DNA from: Verrucomicrobiota bacterium
Lineage (GTDB): Bacteria; Verrucomicrobiota; Verrucomicrobiia; Limisphaerales; JAXMHQ01
Direction: 5' to 3'
DNA length: 64,000 nt
NCBI GenBank assembly: GCA_046346665.1
Contig: JAXMHQ010000030.1
Coordinates: 747-64,746, forward strand
Shown: one piece after another, positions 44,501-52,823 of the stretch
How the letters are laid out: the number at the start of each line of letters is the position of its first letter
Position numbering within the stretch: the first letter of the stretch is position 1
The notes under the pieces: model-generated
Seen by the model: the letters and a program-made list of their open reading frames with translations, nothing else
What the model was told of the DNA's origin: nothing
Database searches by the model: none
Translations under genes and position numbers: made by a program

Positions 44501-46617
44501 GCGGGAACTTCACCCTGTGCCTTTCCAACAGCTTCGGCATCGTGACCAGCCCTATCATCCAGGTAACCGTGTCTCCATCCGGTCCGCGGATCGTGACGCA
44601 GCCCTCCCCGCCTCCCCCCTTGCCGGACGGTTCTTCGCTGCAATTACAGGTGCAGGCCGTCGGTTCCCAGCCGCTGGCTTATCAATGGTATTGGAACAAC
44701 ACCCTGATTCCCGGCCAGACCCAGGCCGTGCTCCAAATCCCATCAGTGTCCGCCGCCAGCGACGGCACCTACAAAGTGCAGGTTTCCAACAGCGTCGCCG
44801 CTGCCGTTTTCAGCGATCCAGTCCTGGTCACCACGCTGCGCACGGGGCCGTCGCCGGTCATCGCGACAGGGAATCTGCTGGCGCGGTTGGGCCGGCCGCT
44901 CCGGCTGGAAGCGAAGGTCGGCGGAACGGCGGGCTCCGTGATTCAGTGGCGGTTTAAAGGTGCCGATGTGCCCGGAGAAACCAATCCAGTCCTGTCCATC
45001 GCCGCGGCCGGGTTCACCAATGCCGGTGTTTACACCGTTCACGCGGTGAATGGATATGGATCCGCGGATTCGGACGCCGTCCAGGTCCGCGTGCTGCCGA
45101 ATCCGGGTCCGGGCCTGGTGAAGAGCTGGGGATCTGTCACGGGCACTCCGACGAACCTGCTGGCGGACATGGTGGTGAACGGGTATTCGCACGGGCTCGC
45201 ACTGCTGCCTGAGGGGACGGTGCAGGCCTGGGGCAACAATACTTACCGCCAGGCCACCGTTCCGGCAGGACTCTCGAACGTGGTCGCGATCGCCGCGGGC
45301 GATTATTTCAGTCTTGCGCTGAAATCCGACGGCACGGTGACCGGCTGGGGACAGAACAGTTCCGGCCAGGCCACGCCGCCTCCGGGCCTGAGCAATGTTG
45401 TAGCCATCTCGGGCGGCACCTATCACGCGCTGGCGTTGAAGGCGGATGGTTCCGTGGTGGCCTGGGGAAATTCCGGTTACACCCAGGTGCCCGCAGGACT
45501 GCCGCCGGCGAGCGCAATCCAGGCCGGGATCAGTTACAGCCTGGCGCTCATGACCAACGGCCAGATCGCAGCCTGGGGCATTTCGGGCAGCCAGACCAAT
45601 GTCCCCGCTTCGGCGACCAACATCGTGGCAATCGCTGTCGCTTACGGCGGCGGATGCGGACTGAACAGCAGCGGCCTGACGGTGCCCTGGGCGTCGTTCC
45701 CCACGCCTTCCGCGAGCGCGACGAATCTCACCTCGATCGCTGCGGGTTACTCCCATGCGTTGGGGCTGACGGCCGACAGGCACATCGTCGCGTGGGGATC
45801 GGACACGTATGCCCAGACGCGTGGCGCGAATGGAGCCTCCAACATTCTGGCCATTTCCGCATGGGAATACACAACGGTGGCGTTGTCCGGCCAACCCGTC
45901 ATCCTGGCTTCGCCGACCAACCAGTCCGTGGGCCAGGATTGGCCGCTGACACTTCAGGTTGCAGGGCGCGGAACGCCGCCGTTGTTCTACCAGTGGTATT
46001 TCAACAGCCAGCCGCTGGCGGGCGCGACCAACGCCACGTTCACCCTGCCCGCATTCCAGTCCGCCAATGCCGGCGCCTACACGGTGGAAGTGAGCAATCC
46101 GTATGCTTCCGCCCGGACCAACTTCACGCTGACGCTGGGATCGGCGCCGGCGATTACGACCCAACCGGCGGACCAGGTGGTCACGTTGACCTCCAACGCG
46201 TCGTTCAGTGTGACGGCATCGGGCACGGCACCGATGACTTACCAGTGGTTGTTGAACGGAAACCGGCTCCTGGGCGCGACGGCTTCCTCCCTGACCCTGC
46301 CTTACGTGCTGTTCGAGGACAACGGCCACGTGTCCGTGCTGGTCTCCAATGCCTTCGGATTTGTTTACAGCCGGGATGCCGCCCTTCAAGCCCTCGCTCC
46401 TCCATCCAGGATGCAAATGTCCTCGGATGGAACGAACCTGTATCTCCACCTGGCCGTGCTCCAGCCCGGAGGTTCCTATTGGCTGGCGTCCTCGACGAAC
46501 TTGGTGGACTGGGTGCCGGTCCAGGACTTCACCAGTCCCGGCACCAACCTGGATCTGACCTGGCCCATGACAAATCCGCCGCCGTGCTTCTACCGGCTGC
46601 TGTTCCTGAATCCTTGA
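41536..46617 (+). CDS. Giant secreted protein with RCC1-type beta-propeller repeats and Ig-like domains
   Basis: Signal-like WLYLLLFCFGLGRPGSA. Many AAG..H.LAL..DGTV.AWG repeats in three blocks. Interspersed Ig-like units (YQW..NG..IPGAT...L.I......D.G.Y.V.V.N). Earlier alternative starts at 41476/41482. Confidence 0.75.
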   Translation: MHPWRRDSSYSRWLYLLLFCFGLGRPGSAEILPGAVHGWGQYVTNGRPVGLGDVIDVKAAYRYSAALRANGTVAIWGDDSSGRPVAPANATNVTAISAGSSMVMALMSDGRVQVWGNPNYVDAGTLTNVPAGATNVIAVAAGTDHCLALRGDGTLVAWGSNFWSNWGQTDVPAAATNVSLIAAGESYNLVRRLDGYLMAWGDTNHYGPIPANATNLTALALGPYGNVLALKPDGTVLAWGNSPSGQTNLPAGLTNVVSIACGDSHCAALRADGTLVLWGGNSYGQTTIPTNLFRFRAVACGAKHTVAMSGAPLVDGIAPEEQGVLAGDPAMFQASVASTDPWAGQWFKDGVPIAATNALLTLSDPQSADSGEYTFTATNQFGFTVSDFAYLGVNGSAVRWVAQPSNQAALPGQPASFTATVAGSEPMRYQWLHNGAPIPGATNGTLLIPSVAPADEGTYTVTVTNVLGGVVSAPRYLAVTLPFFLTAPSDIRARTNWDVSITTGVLSPTPVSYAWYKDGVQLTNETGPSLRFASLQESDAADYVLVAANDAGSVTNPPVHVTVLPSYIVPAEPGVVVNWGNITPYANYTALKNATNAVSIGTGLWHLLASWPDGTVSIWGDPSDLTLMSIPPETTNVVSVIGGQHYSLAIRRDGTTVVWGVPPFSAGAPVPTTTNVMSAALGPNHIMYLRRDGSVMSFPYVTPPNVTNIVAVGATDFYSFALRADGRILIWLAYQNVNTNGPPAAELPGVTNAVSVTGGENYRVAALLKDGGAITIAVATGSQSWTPMAGISNAVQVAAGRGYAALLATGEVSAGGDSSILPVPNGLRAHQISGGLLQVAALTVAPFFDVQPQSQTLSAGSAMTLSPIVRSASACSFQWYYQGNPVPNATNSLFSLAQVRPSQGGTYQLLATNPRAQTWSVPATITVQGLAEILTLSSNQFLLAGDTLNLGATYVANPSASLQWKFNNFSILGATNATLTLTGMTEAMSGNFTLCLSNSFGIVTSPIIQVTVSPSGPRIVTQPSPPPPLPDGSSLQLQVQAVGSQPLAYQWYWNNTLIPGQTQAVLQIPSVSAASDGTYKVQVSNSVAAAVFSDPVLVTTLRTGPSPVIATGNLLARLGRPLRLEAKVGGTAGSVIQWRFKGADVPGETNPVLSIAAAGFTNAGVYTVHAVNGYGSADSDAVQVRVLPNPGPGLVKSWGSVTGTPTNLLADMVVNGYSHGLALLPEGTVQAWGNNTYRQATVPAGLSNVVAIAAGDYFSLALKSDGTVTGWGQNSSGQATPPPGLSNVVAISGGTYHALALKADGSVVAWGNSGYTQVPAGLPPASAIQAGISYSLALMTNGQIAAWGISGSQTNVPASATNIVAIAVAYGGGCGLNSSGLTVPWASFPTPSASATNLTSIAAGYSHALGLTADRHIVAWGSDTYAQTRGANGASNILAISAWEYTTVALSGQPVILASPTNQSVGQDWPLTLQVAGRGTPPLFYQWYFNSQPLAGATNATFTLPAFQSANAGAYTVEVSNPYASARTNFTLTLGSAPAITTQPADQVVTLTSNASFSVTASGTAPMTYQWLLNGNRLLGATASSLTLPYVLFEDNGHVSVLVSNAFGFVYSRDAALQALAPPSRMQMSSDGTNLYLHLAVLQPGGSYWLASSTNLVDWVPVQDFTSPGTNLDLTWPMTNPPPCFYRLLFLNP

Positions 46618-46627
46618 ATCGACTCTT

Positions 46628-49573
46628 ATGCGCTTCACATTGCGTGCCGTTTCGATGCTGACGGGAGGTTTCCTGGTTGCAGCCGCGGCGCCGCGCGCCG
46701 GCGCGGCGGAGATTGCCGCCCAATGGATTCTCCCGGCCAATACCACCTGGTTCAACGGTTCCTGGTATGATGCGACCAATTGGCTGAACGGGATTGTGCC
46801 CGTCACCAATTCTGGAAACTCCTACGCGGTCACCATCAACACCCAGCCGCCGCCAAACAGTTACGTGCAATGTTCGCTGGACGGCGACATGACGGTGAGC
46901 CGCCTGACGCTGGGGGATGTTCTATATACCTACAACAGCACCAACAGCGTGGTCAGTTACTCTCGCAGGCAATTCCGGATTCAGAATGAATTTCACTGGG
47001 TGGGTGGATCCTTGGACGGTTTTGTTACCGATTACCATCTGTACGGTCCGGCCTATTTTGAAGGCAACACTCAGAAGTCGCTCGATGGGGAATGCAATCT
47101 TCACATTCATGATCACGCCACGTGGCTTGATGGCACCCTCGCCTGGAAGCAATACGGCAGCGTGATCATCTATGCCGGCGCCGTGTTGGATATGAATGTG
47201 GGCGGGGTCGTCGGGACCTCGGCCAGCACGGATTCGGCGAGCATCACCAACCTGGGAACGATGCGCATGAATGCCGCGGGCCAGACCGCCACGTTTTACG
47301 GTCAGACGCTCAACACAGGGTTGCTGGACATCCAGGCGGGTGATGTTCAGTTTCAGTATGGTTTTCAGTCAGGTGGCAACATTCACATAGCGGGCGGATC
47401 CAAATTGCTGGTGAGCCGGAACGGTTCATGGAAGCCGTTCACCTTCACGGGGGACGGGGAAATCGACATGGTGGATGGCCAGAACATCGTCCAGGATATC
47501 ACCGTTCCGTGCTTTCTTCGGATCGCGGGAGATGTTGTAGGCGCTGGGCTGACGGTTCGCAACGGGCTTTGGGGAGGCGGCCAGCTCAGCGGGCCCGGTC
47601 TGCTCACCATCCAATCCGGCGGATTGTTCGTCATTTCGAACACCACCCCGTTTCTCAATCGGAATATCAACAACCTCGGCACTCTCCGGCTCCTGCCGGG
47701 CAGCAGTCTGTCGGGGTATTCGTCTGCCGCCCTCACCAATGCCGCCTCCGGCACGATGCAATTGAGCGGCGGCTCGGCCCAGTATTCCGTCCAGTTGATC
47801 AATGCAGGGCAGATTCTCAAGAACGACGGGAGCGCCGGGTCTTTTTCATTCAACAACTGGGTTCAAAACGACGGCTCCGCCCTGTGCACGGCCGGGGCAT
47901 TGAATTTTGCCGGGGGCGGCACCAATACCGGCGTCATGACCGCGCAAAGCGCCGGGTCCATCGTGGCGCAGGGGATTGATTTCGGGGATTCGTCTCAATT
48001 GGCGGGAGATGGCTCCATGACCCTTGCCGGCTGCACCCTGCGCGGTTCCGTGAGCCCGGACCTCGCCATGACCCTCAATTCCGTGCGCGTCTACAGCAAC
48101 CAAACCTATTCGTTCAAGTCCCTTCAGGTGGGATCGTGGATCACTTTCCCCACCAACTGGGGAGCGGACGTGATTTCGGGCCTGAAATTGAACGGCAGCC
48201 TCTGGGTCGGAAATCTGCGGAGCCTGTCGACAGCCGAACTATCCTTCGCAAATTCGTCTTTGCTGCCACCGGCGACGCTGGACCTGGCGGGCCAGTCGGC
48301 CTGGATCGCCGGGGCGTTAACAGTTCAATCCTCCAACTCGGTGTTCATCAACCGCGGCAATCTTCGCGTCGAAAGCGCCGGTGGCTTAGCGGCTCCTGCA
48401 GGCGGCCTCTTCGTCAACCAGGGAACGTGCGTGTTTAGCCGGCAAATCGAAAACGTCACGGCCGCATTGGACAAGCTGTCCTTTCAATGGAACATCACGA
48501 ATATTTCCGGCAATCCTACCCTGGACAACGGACCGTGCCAGATTTCCGGCCCCGTCACCGCCGCAGCCCAGTATCTCACCGCCGGCCCGGGCGCGAACAT
48601 CGTTTTCAATTACTTCGGAGCCACTAACGCAACAGTGAGCCTGACACAGAGTTCCCTCCAGGCAATCACCTCACTGGCCTGCTCCAATGTGACCCTCGTC
48701 CTCGATCGTTCCACCGTCATCAGCCCGCCGCAGCCGTGGGTGGGCTCCGCGACCCTCTCCGGCAACGGCAGTCTTGACGGTCTGTTGTCCGTCCAGACTC
48801 TTCAATTGTCCGCCGTCGCCGGCTCGAACGGCCTGGCGCTCAACGGAGCCCTGGGCTTCACCGGCGCAAATCCCGTGCTCCGGGTCACGGCGCTTTCATC
48901 CAATAATGCTTCCATCTTCCCCCGGCTCGCCGTTCACGGACCCGTCCTGCTCGCCGGAAAGCTCGACCTCGCGATCCCATTTCTCCCGAGCGGATCCAAT
49001 TTCATCGCGGGACCTCTGACGTTGCTCGAATCCGATCAACCCCTGGCCGGCGGCTTCACCAACCTGGCCAGCGGAGCCACCGTGAATCTCACCAACGGCT
49101 GGCGCTGCCAGGTCTACTTCGGGCCGGACAGCCCCTATGGATCCTCCAACGTCGTCCTGTGCTCGCTCGGCTCCGCCTTCGATCAATGGCGCATGCAGAA
49201 GTTCACTGCCGAGGAATTGGCAAACCCGCAGGTCTCAAGCCCCGCGGCCGACCCGGACGGGAACGGATACAGCAATATCGCCGAATACGTGCTGGCCATC
49301 GATTCCACCGGCGCGGTCCCCACCTTGGCTCCGGGCATCGACGGCTACACCCGCATTTACCTGGAACGGCGAAAAGATATCGGCAACCTGCAGCCCTACC
49401 TCGCCGTTTCGACCGATCTGCGCGCGTGGGCTTCTGTCCTGCTGGGATCCACCAGCTCGTCCCTGAACCTTCACCGGGCTTACGACTTCGGCGACCACTA
49501 CCAATACGAGTACCTCTATTTTGGAACCCCCCCACAGCTCTTTCTGAAAGTCAGCGTTTCCGGACAACCTTAA
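46628..49573 (+). CDS. Large secreted protein, PATR-like (autotransporter-associated beta-strand repeat style)
   Basis: Signal peptide. N-terminal W.....W....NW..G.VP opening typical of PATR proteins. Gly/Ser/Asn-rich beta-strand repeats. C-terminal DPDGNGYSNIAEY motif. Starts 10 nt after the preceding gene. Confidence 0.6.
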   Translation: MRFTLRAVSMLTGGFLVAAAAPRAGAAEIAAQWILPANTTWFNGSWYDATNWLNGIVPVTNSGNSYAVTINTQPPPNSYVQCSLDGDMTVSRLTLGDVLYTYNSTNSVVSYSRRQFRIQNEFHWVGGSLDGFVTDYHLYGPAYFEGNTQKSLDGECNLHIHDHATWLDGTLAWKQYGSVIIYAGAVLDMNVGGVVGTSASTDSASITNLGTMRMNAAGQTATFYGQTLNTGLLDIQAGDVQFQYGFQSGGNIHIAGGSKLLVSRNGSWKPFTFTGDGEIDMVDGQNIVQDITVPCFLRIAGDVVGAGLTVRNGLWGGGQLSGPGLLTIQSGGLFVISNTTPFLNRNINNLGTLRLLPGSSLSGYSSAALTNAASGTMQLSGGSAQYSVQLINAGQILKNDGSAGSFSFNNWVQNDGSALCTAGALNFAGGGTNTGVMTAQSAGSIVAQGIDFGDSSQLAGDGSMTLAGCTLRGSVSPDLAMTLNSVRVYSNQTYSFKSLQVGSWITFPTNWGADVISGLKLNGSLWVGNLRSLSTAELSFANSSLLPPATLDLAGQSAWIAGALTVQSSNSVFINRGNLRVESAGGLAAPAGGLFVNQGTCVFSRQIENVTAALDKLSFQWNITNISGNPTLDNGPCQISGPVTAAAQYLTAGPGANIVFNYFGATNATVSLTQSSLQAITSLACSNVTLVLDRSTVISPPQPWVGSATLSGNGSLDGLLSVQTLQLSAVAGSNGLALNGALGFTGANPVLRVTALSSNNASIFPRLAVHGPVLLAGKLDLAIPFLPSGSNFIAGPLTLLESDQPLAGGFTNLASGATVNLTNGWRCQVYFGPDSPYGSSNVVLCSLGSAFDQWRMQKFTAEELANPQVSSPAADPDGNGYSNIAEYVLAIDSTGAVPTLAPGIDGYTRIYLERRKDIGNLQPYLAVSTDLRAWASVLLGSTSSSLNLHRAYDFGDHYQYEYLYFGTPPQLFLKVSVSGQP

Positions 49574-49588
49574 GCGGCCCTGAACTCG

Positions 49589-50119
49589 CTAGAATTGATC
49601 TTCCTTTTCCCGGAACAGCACGTTGAACGTGGTCAGGGAACCGTAGCAGCGCGTGATGTATTGCTGCATCTCCACCTTGTCGCCGTCGCTCAGCCCCTCG
49701 TGCGCGTTCACTTTCTGTTCCAGGACCCGGAGCTGGTTTCGCACCATGACGATCTTGTGGAAGAAAACTTCCATGGGGATTTCCTTGGTTTGCAGCGCGG
49801 GATCGGACGGATGCAGCACCGCCCGGCCTTTCAGCCAGCGCGATCCGAGCTGCGACACCACCGCGTCCGGCTGCTGGATTCCGAGCCGGTCGAGTGTCCG
49901 GGCGACGGATTCCTCGATGAGCTGTTTGAGCGGCATGTTTAATCCGGCCAACTGCGCCCGTGCCTCCGCCGGCTCCAGACCGGCCGCCTCCGGCGCCACC
50001 GCCCGCCGGCCCTCCGCAAATTGAATCTCCGCGGTCGTTTCCCCGATCGATTTGACCGTCCCGTTGCCATACTGCGGGTGTCGCACTTCCATGCCGATAT
50101 GCAGCGCCTCGATTTTCAT
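49589..50119 (-). CDS. Conserved hypothetical protein
   Basis: Normal composition. N-terminal HPQYGNGTV Tudor-like motif. C-terminal [18 protein letters not shown]...[11 protein letters not shown]. An alternative start exists at 50158. Confidence 0.5.
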   Translation of the reverse strand: MKIEALHIGMEVRHPQYGNGTVKSIGETTAEIQFAEGRRAVAPEAAGLEPAEARAQLAGLNMPLKQLIEESVARTLDRLGIQQPDAVVSQLGSRWLKGRAVLHPSDPALQTKEIPMEVFFHKIVMVRNQLRVLEQKVNAHEGLSDGDKVEMQQYITRCYGSLTTFNVLFREKEDQF

Positions 50120-50172
50120 GAATACAATATCCGACGAAAACCGGGGATCGAAAATCAAATTCCTTGAGTTTT

Positions 50173-50498
50173 AACCACGGATAGACACGGATGAACACGG
50201 ACCAGGAAAGGCAGGGCTTTGACGCGAATTAGCGCGAATTGGGACGAATTTCAGGTGGGGCGAGACTCCGTCGAGCTCCTGACGGTGTAGGAGGATTGTT
50301 GGATGAATGGATTTATGGATTATTGGATGGCTTCCGCGCGAGGGTCTTCCGATTTATCCAGGAATTCAATGATCCAATAATCCATATTTTTGAGGGGCTC
50401 GACGGAGTCTCGCCCCACCTTGAAACGGAACCATTAGCGTCAAATCGCGTCAAAGCTACTCTCCTCCAATCCGTGTCCATCCGTGTCCATCCGTGGTT
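50173..50498. repeat. 326-bp nested palindrome B - L - C - G/G' - C' - L' - B'
   Basis: AACCACGGATAGACACGGATGAACACGG (50173) pairs with AATCCGTGTCCATCCGTGTCCATCCGTGGTT (50468). GACGCGAATTAGCGCGAATT pairs with GCGTCAAATCGCGTC. AGGTGGGGCGAGACTCCGTCGAGC (50253) pairs with GGGGCTCGACGGAGTCTCGCCCCACCT (50394). The central TGGATT/AATCCA hairpin spans 50290-50385. Confidence 0.9.
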
Positions 50499-50562
50499 CA
50501 AAATCCGCCGTCCTTTTTGATTGCCCAGCGGACGGGCGCGGGACCATAGTGCGATAGATTCG

Positions 50563-51216
50563 ATGGGCGCGAAAAAACTGGATCGCTTCGAGCATGAAAC
50601 CCGGCTGTGGCAGGCCGGGACGGGAGTGCTTGCGGGCGTCGATGAAGCGGGGCGCGGCCCGCTGGCCGGCCCGGTGGTCGCGGCCGCCGTTGTGCTGCCG
50701 CGAACCTGGATGGAATCCGGGATCGATCCCCGGCTCGGGGAGTTGAACGATTCCAAGCAGCTCACGGAACTTCAACGCGAGGAAATTTTCGCCATCCTGG
50801 TGAGCCACCCGGAGATCCGGTTCGCCGTGGCCGCGGTGGATGTGGACGAGATTGATCGCATCAACATTCTCCAGGCCACGCACCGGGCGATGAACCTGGC
50901 ACTGTCGCAACTGTCGCCCGCGCCGGAGCACGTTCTGGTGGACGGATTGCCGGTGCGCTCCTTGCAGTTTCCGCAGACCGCGCTGGTACAGGGCGACGCG
51001 CGGAGTTATTCGATCGCCGCTGCCAGCGTGGTTGCAAAAGTCACGCGGGACCGGCGCATGATGGAATACCACGCCGAATTTCCGGGATACGGATTCGATT
51101 CGCACAAGGGTTACGGCACTCCGCAACACCTGGAAAGCATCCGGAAACTGGGGCCGTGCCGGATTCACCGTCGCAGCTTCGCGCCGTTGCGGCCCGTCGA
51201 GCGGGAGTTGTTTTAG
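50563..51216 (+). CDS. rnhB: Ribonuclease HII
   Basis: GVDEAGRGPLAGPVVAAAVVL active-site motif and ...DSKQL....R.... Confidence 0.9.
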   Translation: MGAKKLDRFEHETRLWQAGTGVLAGVDEAGRGPLAGPVVAAAVVLPRTWMESGIDPRLGELNDSKQLTELQREEIFAILVSHPEIRFAVAAVDVDEIDRINILQATHRAMNLALSQLSPAPEHVLVDGLPVRSLQFPQTALVQGDARSYSIAAASVVAKVTRDRRMMEYHAEFPGYGFDSHKGYGTPQHLESIRKLGPCRIHRRSFAPLRPVERELF

Positions 51217-51218
51217 TT

Positions 51219-51279
51219 GGGGACGCCGGGGACGGCGTCCCTCCCGTCGGATGGGGAGGGCCGGCGTCCCCGCCGGCCC
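51219..51279. repeat. Family-A double module
   Basis: GGGGACGCCGGGGACGGCGTCCCTCCC then GGGGAGGGCCGGCGTCCCCGCCGGCCC. Confidence 0.85.
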
Positions 51280-51286
51280 AAACATC

Positions 51287-51715
51287 ATGGGATTGAGGGA
51301 TATCATCAGGTCATTCTGGATCCGTCCGGAAAAGCCGGAGCACCTCCGCCGCGGTGAGCTCGGCGAACGGGCCGCCCGGCGGCACCTGCGCCGGGCCGGA
51401 CTCAAATTTCTCGCCGCGAACTTCCGGTCCAGCCGCGGGGAAATCGACCTCGTCTTCCGCGACGCCGATTGCCTGGTGTTCGTCGAAGTGAAAACGCGTT
51501 CTTCCGAAACCTGGATCCGCCCCGCCGCCGCCGTGAACCGTCGAAAACGCCGCCTGCTCACCCAGGCCGCGCTGGATTATCTCCGCGAAATCAAAAATCC
51601 GCCTGTGAAAATCCGTTTCGACATCGTGGAGGTCCTGTTGGAAGACGGCCGCGTCCATGCGATGCGGCATCTGCCCAATTCGTTTCCCATGGAACGGCCG
51701 TGGCGCTATGGGTAA
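51287..51715 (+). CDS. yraN: YraN-family (UPF0102) endonuclease
   Basis: GELGERAARRHLRRAGLKFLAANFRSSRGEIDLVFRD...LVFVEVKTRS. Confidence 0.8.
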   Translation: MGLRDIIRSFWIRPEKPEHLRRGELGERAARRHLRRAGLKFLAANFRSSRGEIDLVFRDADCLVFVEVKTRSSETWIRPAAAVNRRKRRLLTQAALDYLREIKNPPVKIRFDIVEVLLEDGRVHAMRHLPNSFPMERPWRYG

Positions 51716-51730
51716 CGAATTCCTTCGGTA

Positions 51731-51793
51731 GCCACAGAGGCACAGAGTGCACAGAGATTGGTCTTGCTCGGAGTGCTCGGTGACTCTGTGGCA
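51731..51793. repeat. Family-K hairpin between convergent genes
   Basis: GCCACAGAGGCACAGAGTGCACAGAG ... CTCTGTGGC followed by ACTTTTCT. Confidence 0.7.
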
Positions 51794-51799
51794 CTTTTC

Positions 51800-52786
51800 T
51801 CAGAAATTTAGAAACTCCTCGCAACAGGCGAAGAATTCCTTGCGTGTGGCGACGCGGCGGATGCGGTGGAGGAATTGGTTTTCCGGATCCACACCGATGC
51901 CGACGTAATTCATGAATTTCTTCATGCGCTGGATCTGTGAGAATTCCGGGATGCCGGGATCGCACATCGTTTCGTAAAGCGCGAGGATATAATCCTGCAG
52001 ATCGCGGCCGCGCGGCTTGAAAGCCTCCTCGCCGCGCAAACGCTTCCGGATCTGGTCGAACAGCCACGGATTCCGGATGGCGCCGCGGCCGATCATGAGT
52101 CCGCGCGCGCCGGTGGATTTCAGAATGGCGGCGGCGTCTTCGGCGGAAAACACGTTCCCATTGGCCAGGACGGGGCAGGGCATGGCTTGCACGGCTCGGG
52201 CGATGTCGTCGTAATGCACCACGTCCTGGTACATCTCCTTGACGGTGCGGCCATGAACCGTGAGAAGGTCGAGCGAATGGCGCGCAAAGATCGGGAGCAA
52301 TTCGTCGAAGACGGCCCGTGAGTCGAAGCCGACGCGGGTTTTGACCGTGAACGGAATTTGAATTGCGTCGCGCAGGGCGCCGAGAATGGCGTCGACCCGC
52401 GCGGGTTCGCGGAGGAGACCGCCGCCGGCGCATTTGCGGTAGACGACGGGCGCCGGGCATCCGAGGTTCAGGTCGATGGCGGCGACCGGGTAGTGTTGAA
52501 GTTCACGCGCGCTGCGGACGAGGTTCGGGATGTCGTTGCCGATGAGCTGCGCCACGACCGGCCGGCCCGTGGGATTTTCCGTCACGGATTTTAGAATGTG
52601 CCGGTTCAGCAACGAACCCGGGTAGACGCGGAAATATTCCGTGAAATAAACATCCGCCCCGCCGTAACGCGCCATGAGTCCCCAGAAATCGCGATCCGTC
52701 ACGTCTTGCATGGGCGCGAGGGCGAGCATCGGCTCAGGCCGTTGCAGCAGGGCGCGGAATGTTTCTATTGGATTCACTTCCTCCAA
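51800..52786 (-). CDS. tRNA-dihydrouridine synthase
   Basis: LAPMQDVTD, IDLNLGCPAP (catalytic Cys), VHGRT.... Confidence 0.85.
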   Translation of the reverse strand: MEEVNPIETFRALLQRPEPMLALAPMQDVTDRDFWGLMARYGGADVYFTEYFRVYPGSLLNRHILKSVTENPTGRPVVAQLIGNDIPNLVRSARELQHYPVAAIDLNLGCPAPVVYRKCAGGGLLREPARVDAILGALRDAIQIPFTVKTRVGFDSRAVFDELLPIFARHSLDLLTVHGRTVKEMYQDVVHYDDIARAVQAMPCPVLANGNVFSAEDAAAILKSTGARGLMIGRGAIRNPWLFDQIRKRLRGEEAFKPRGRDLQDYILALYETMCDPGIPEFSQIQRMKKFMNYVGIGVDPENQFLHRIRRVATRKEFFACCEEFLNF

Positions 52787-52823
52787 TCTGAGATTTCAAA
52801 TCTCAAATCTCAAATCTCAAATC
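52784..52823. repeat. Family-D heptanucleotide array
   Basis: CAATCTGAGATTTCAAATCTCAAATCTCAAATCTCAAATC. On the minus strand it supplies ...DLRFEI plus the stop codon of the upstream gene. Confidence 0.9.
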
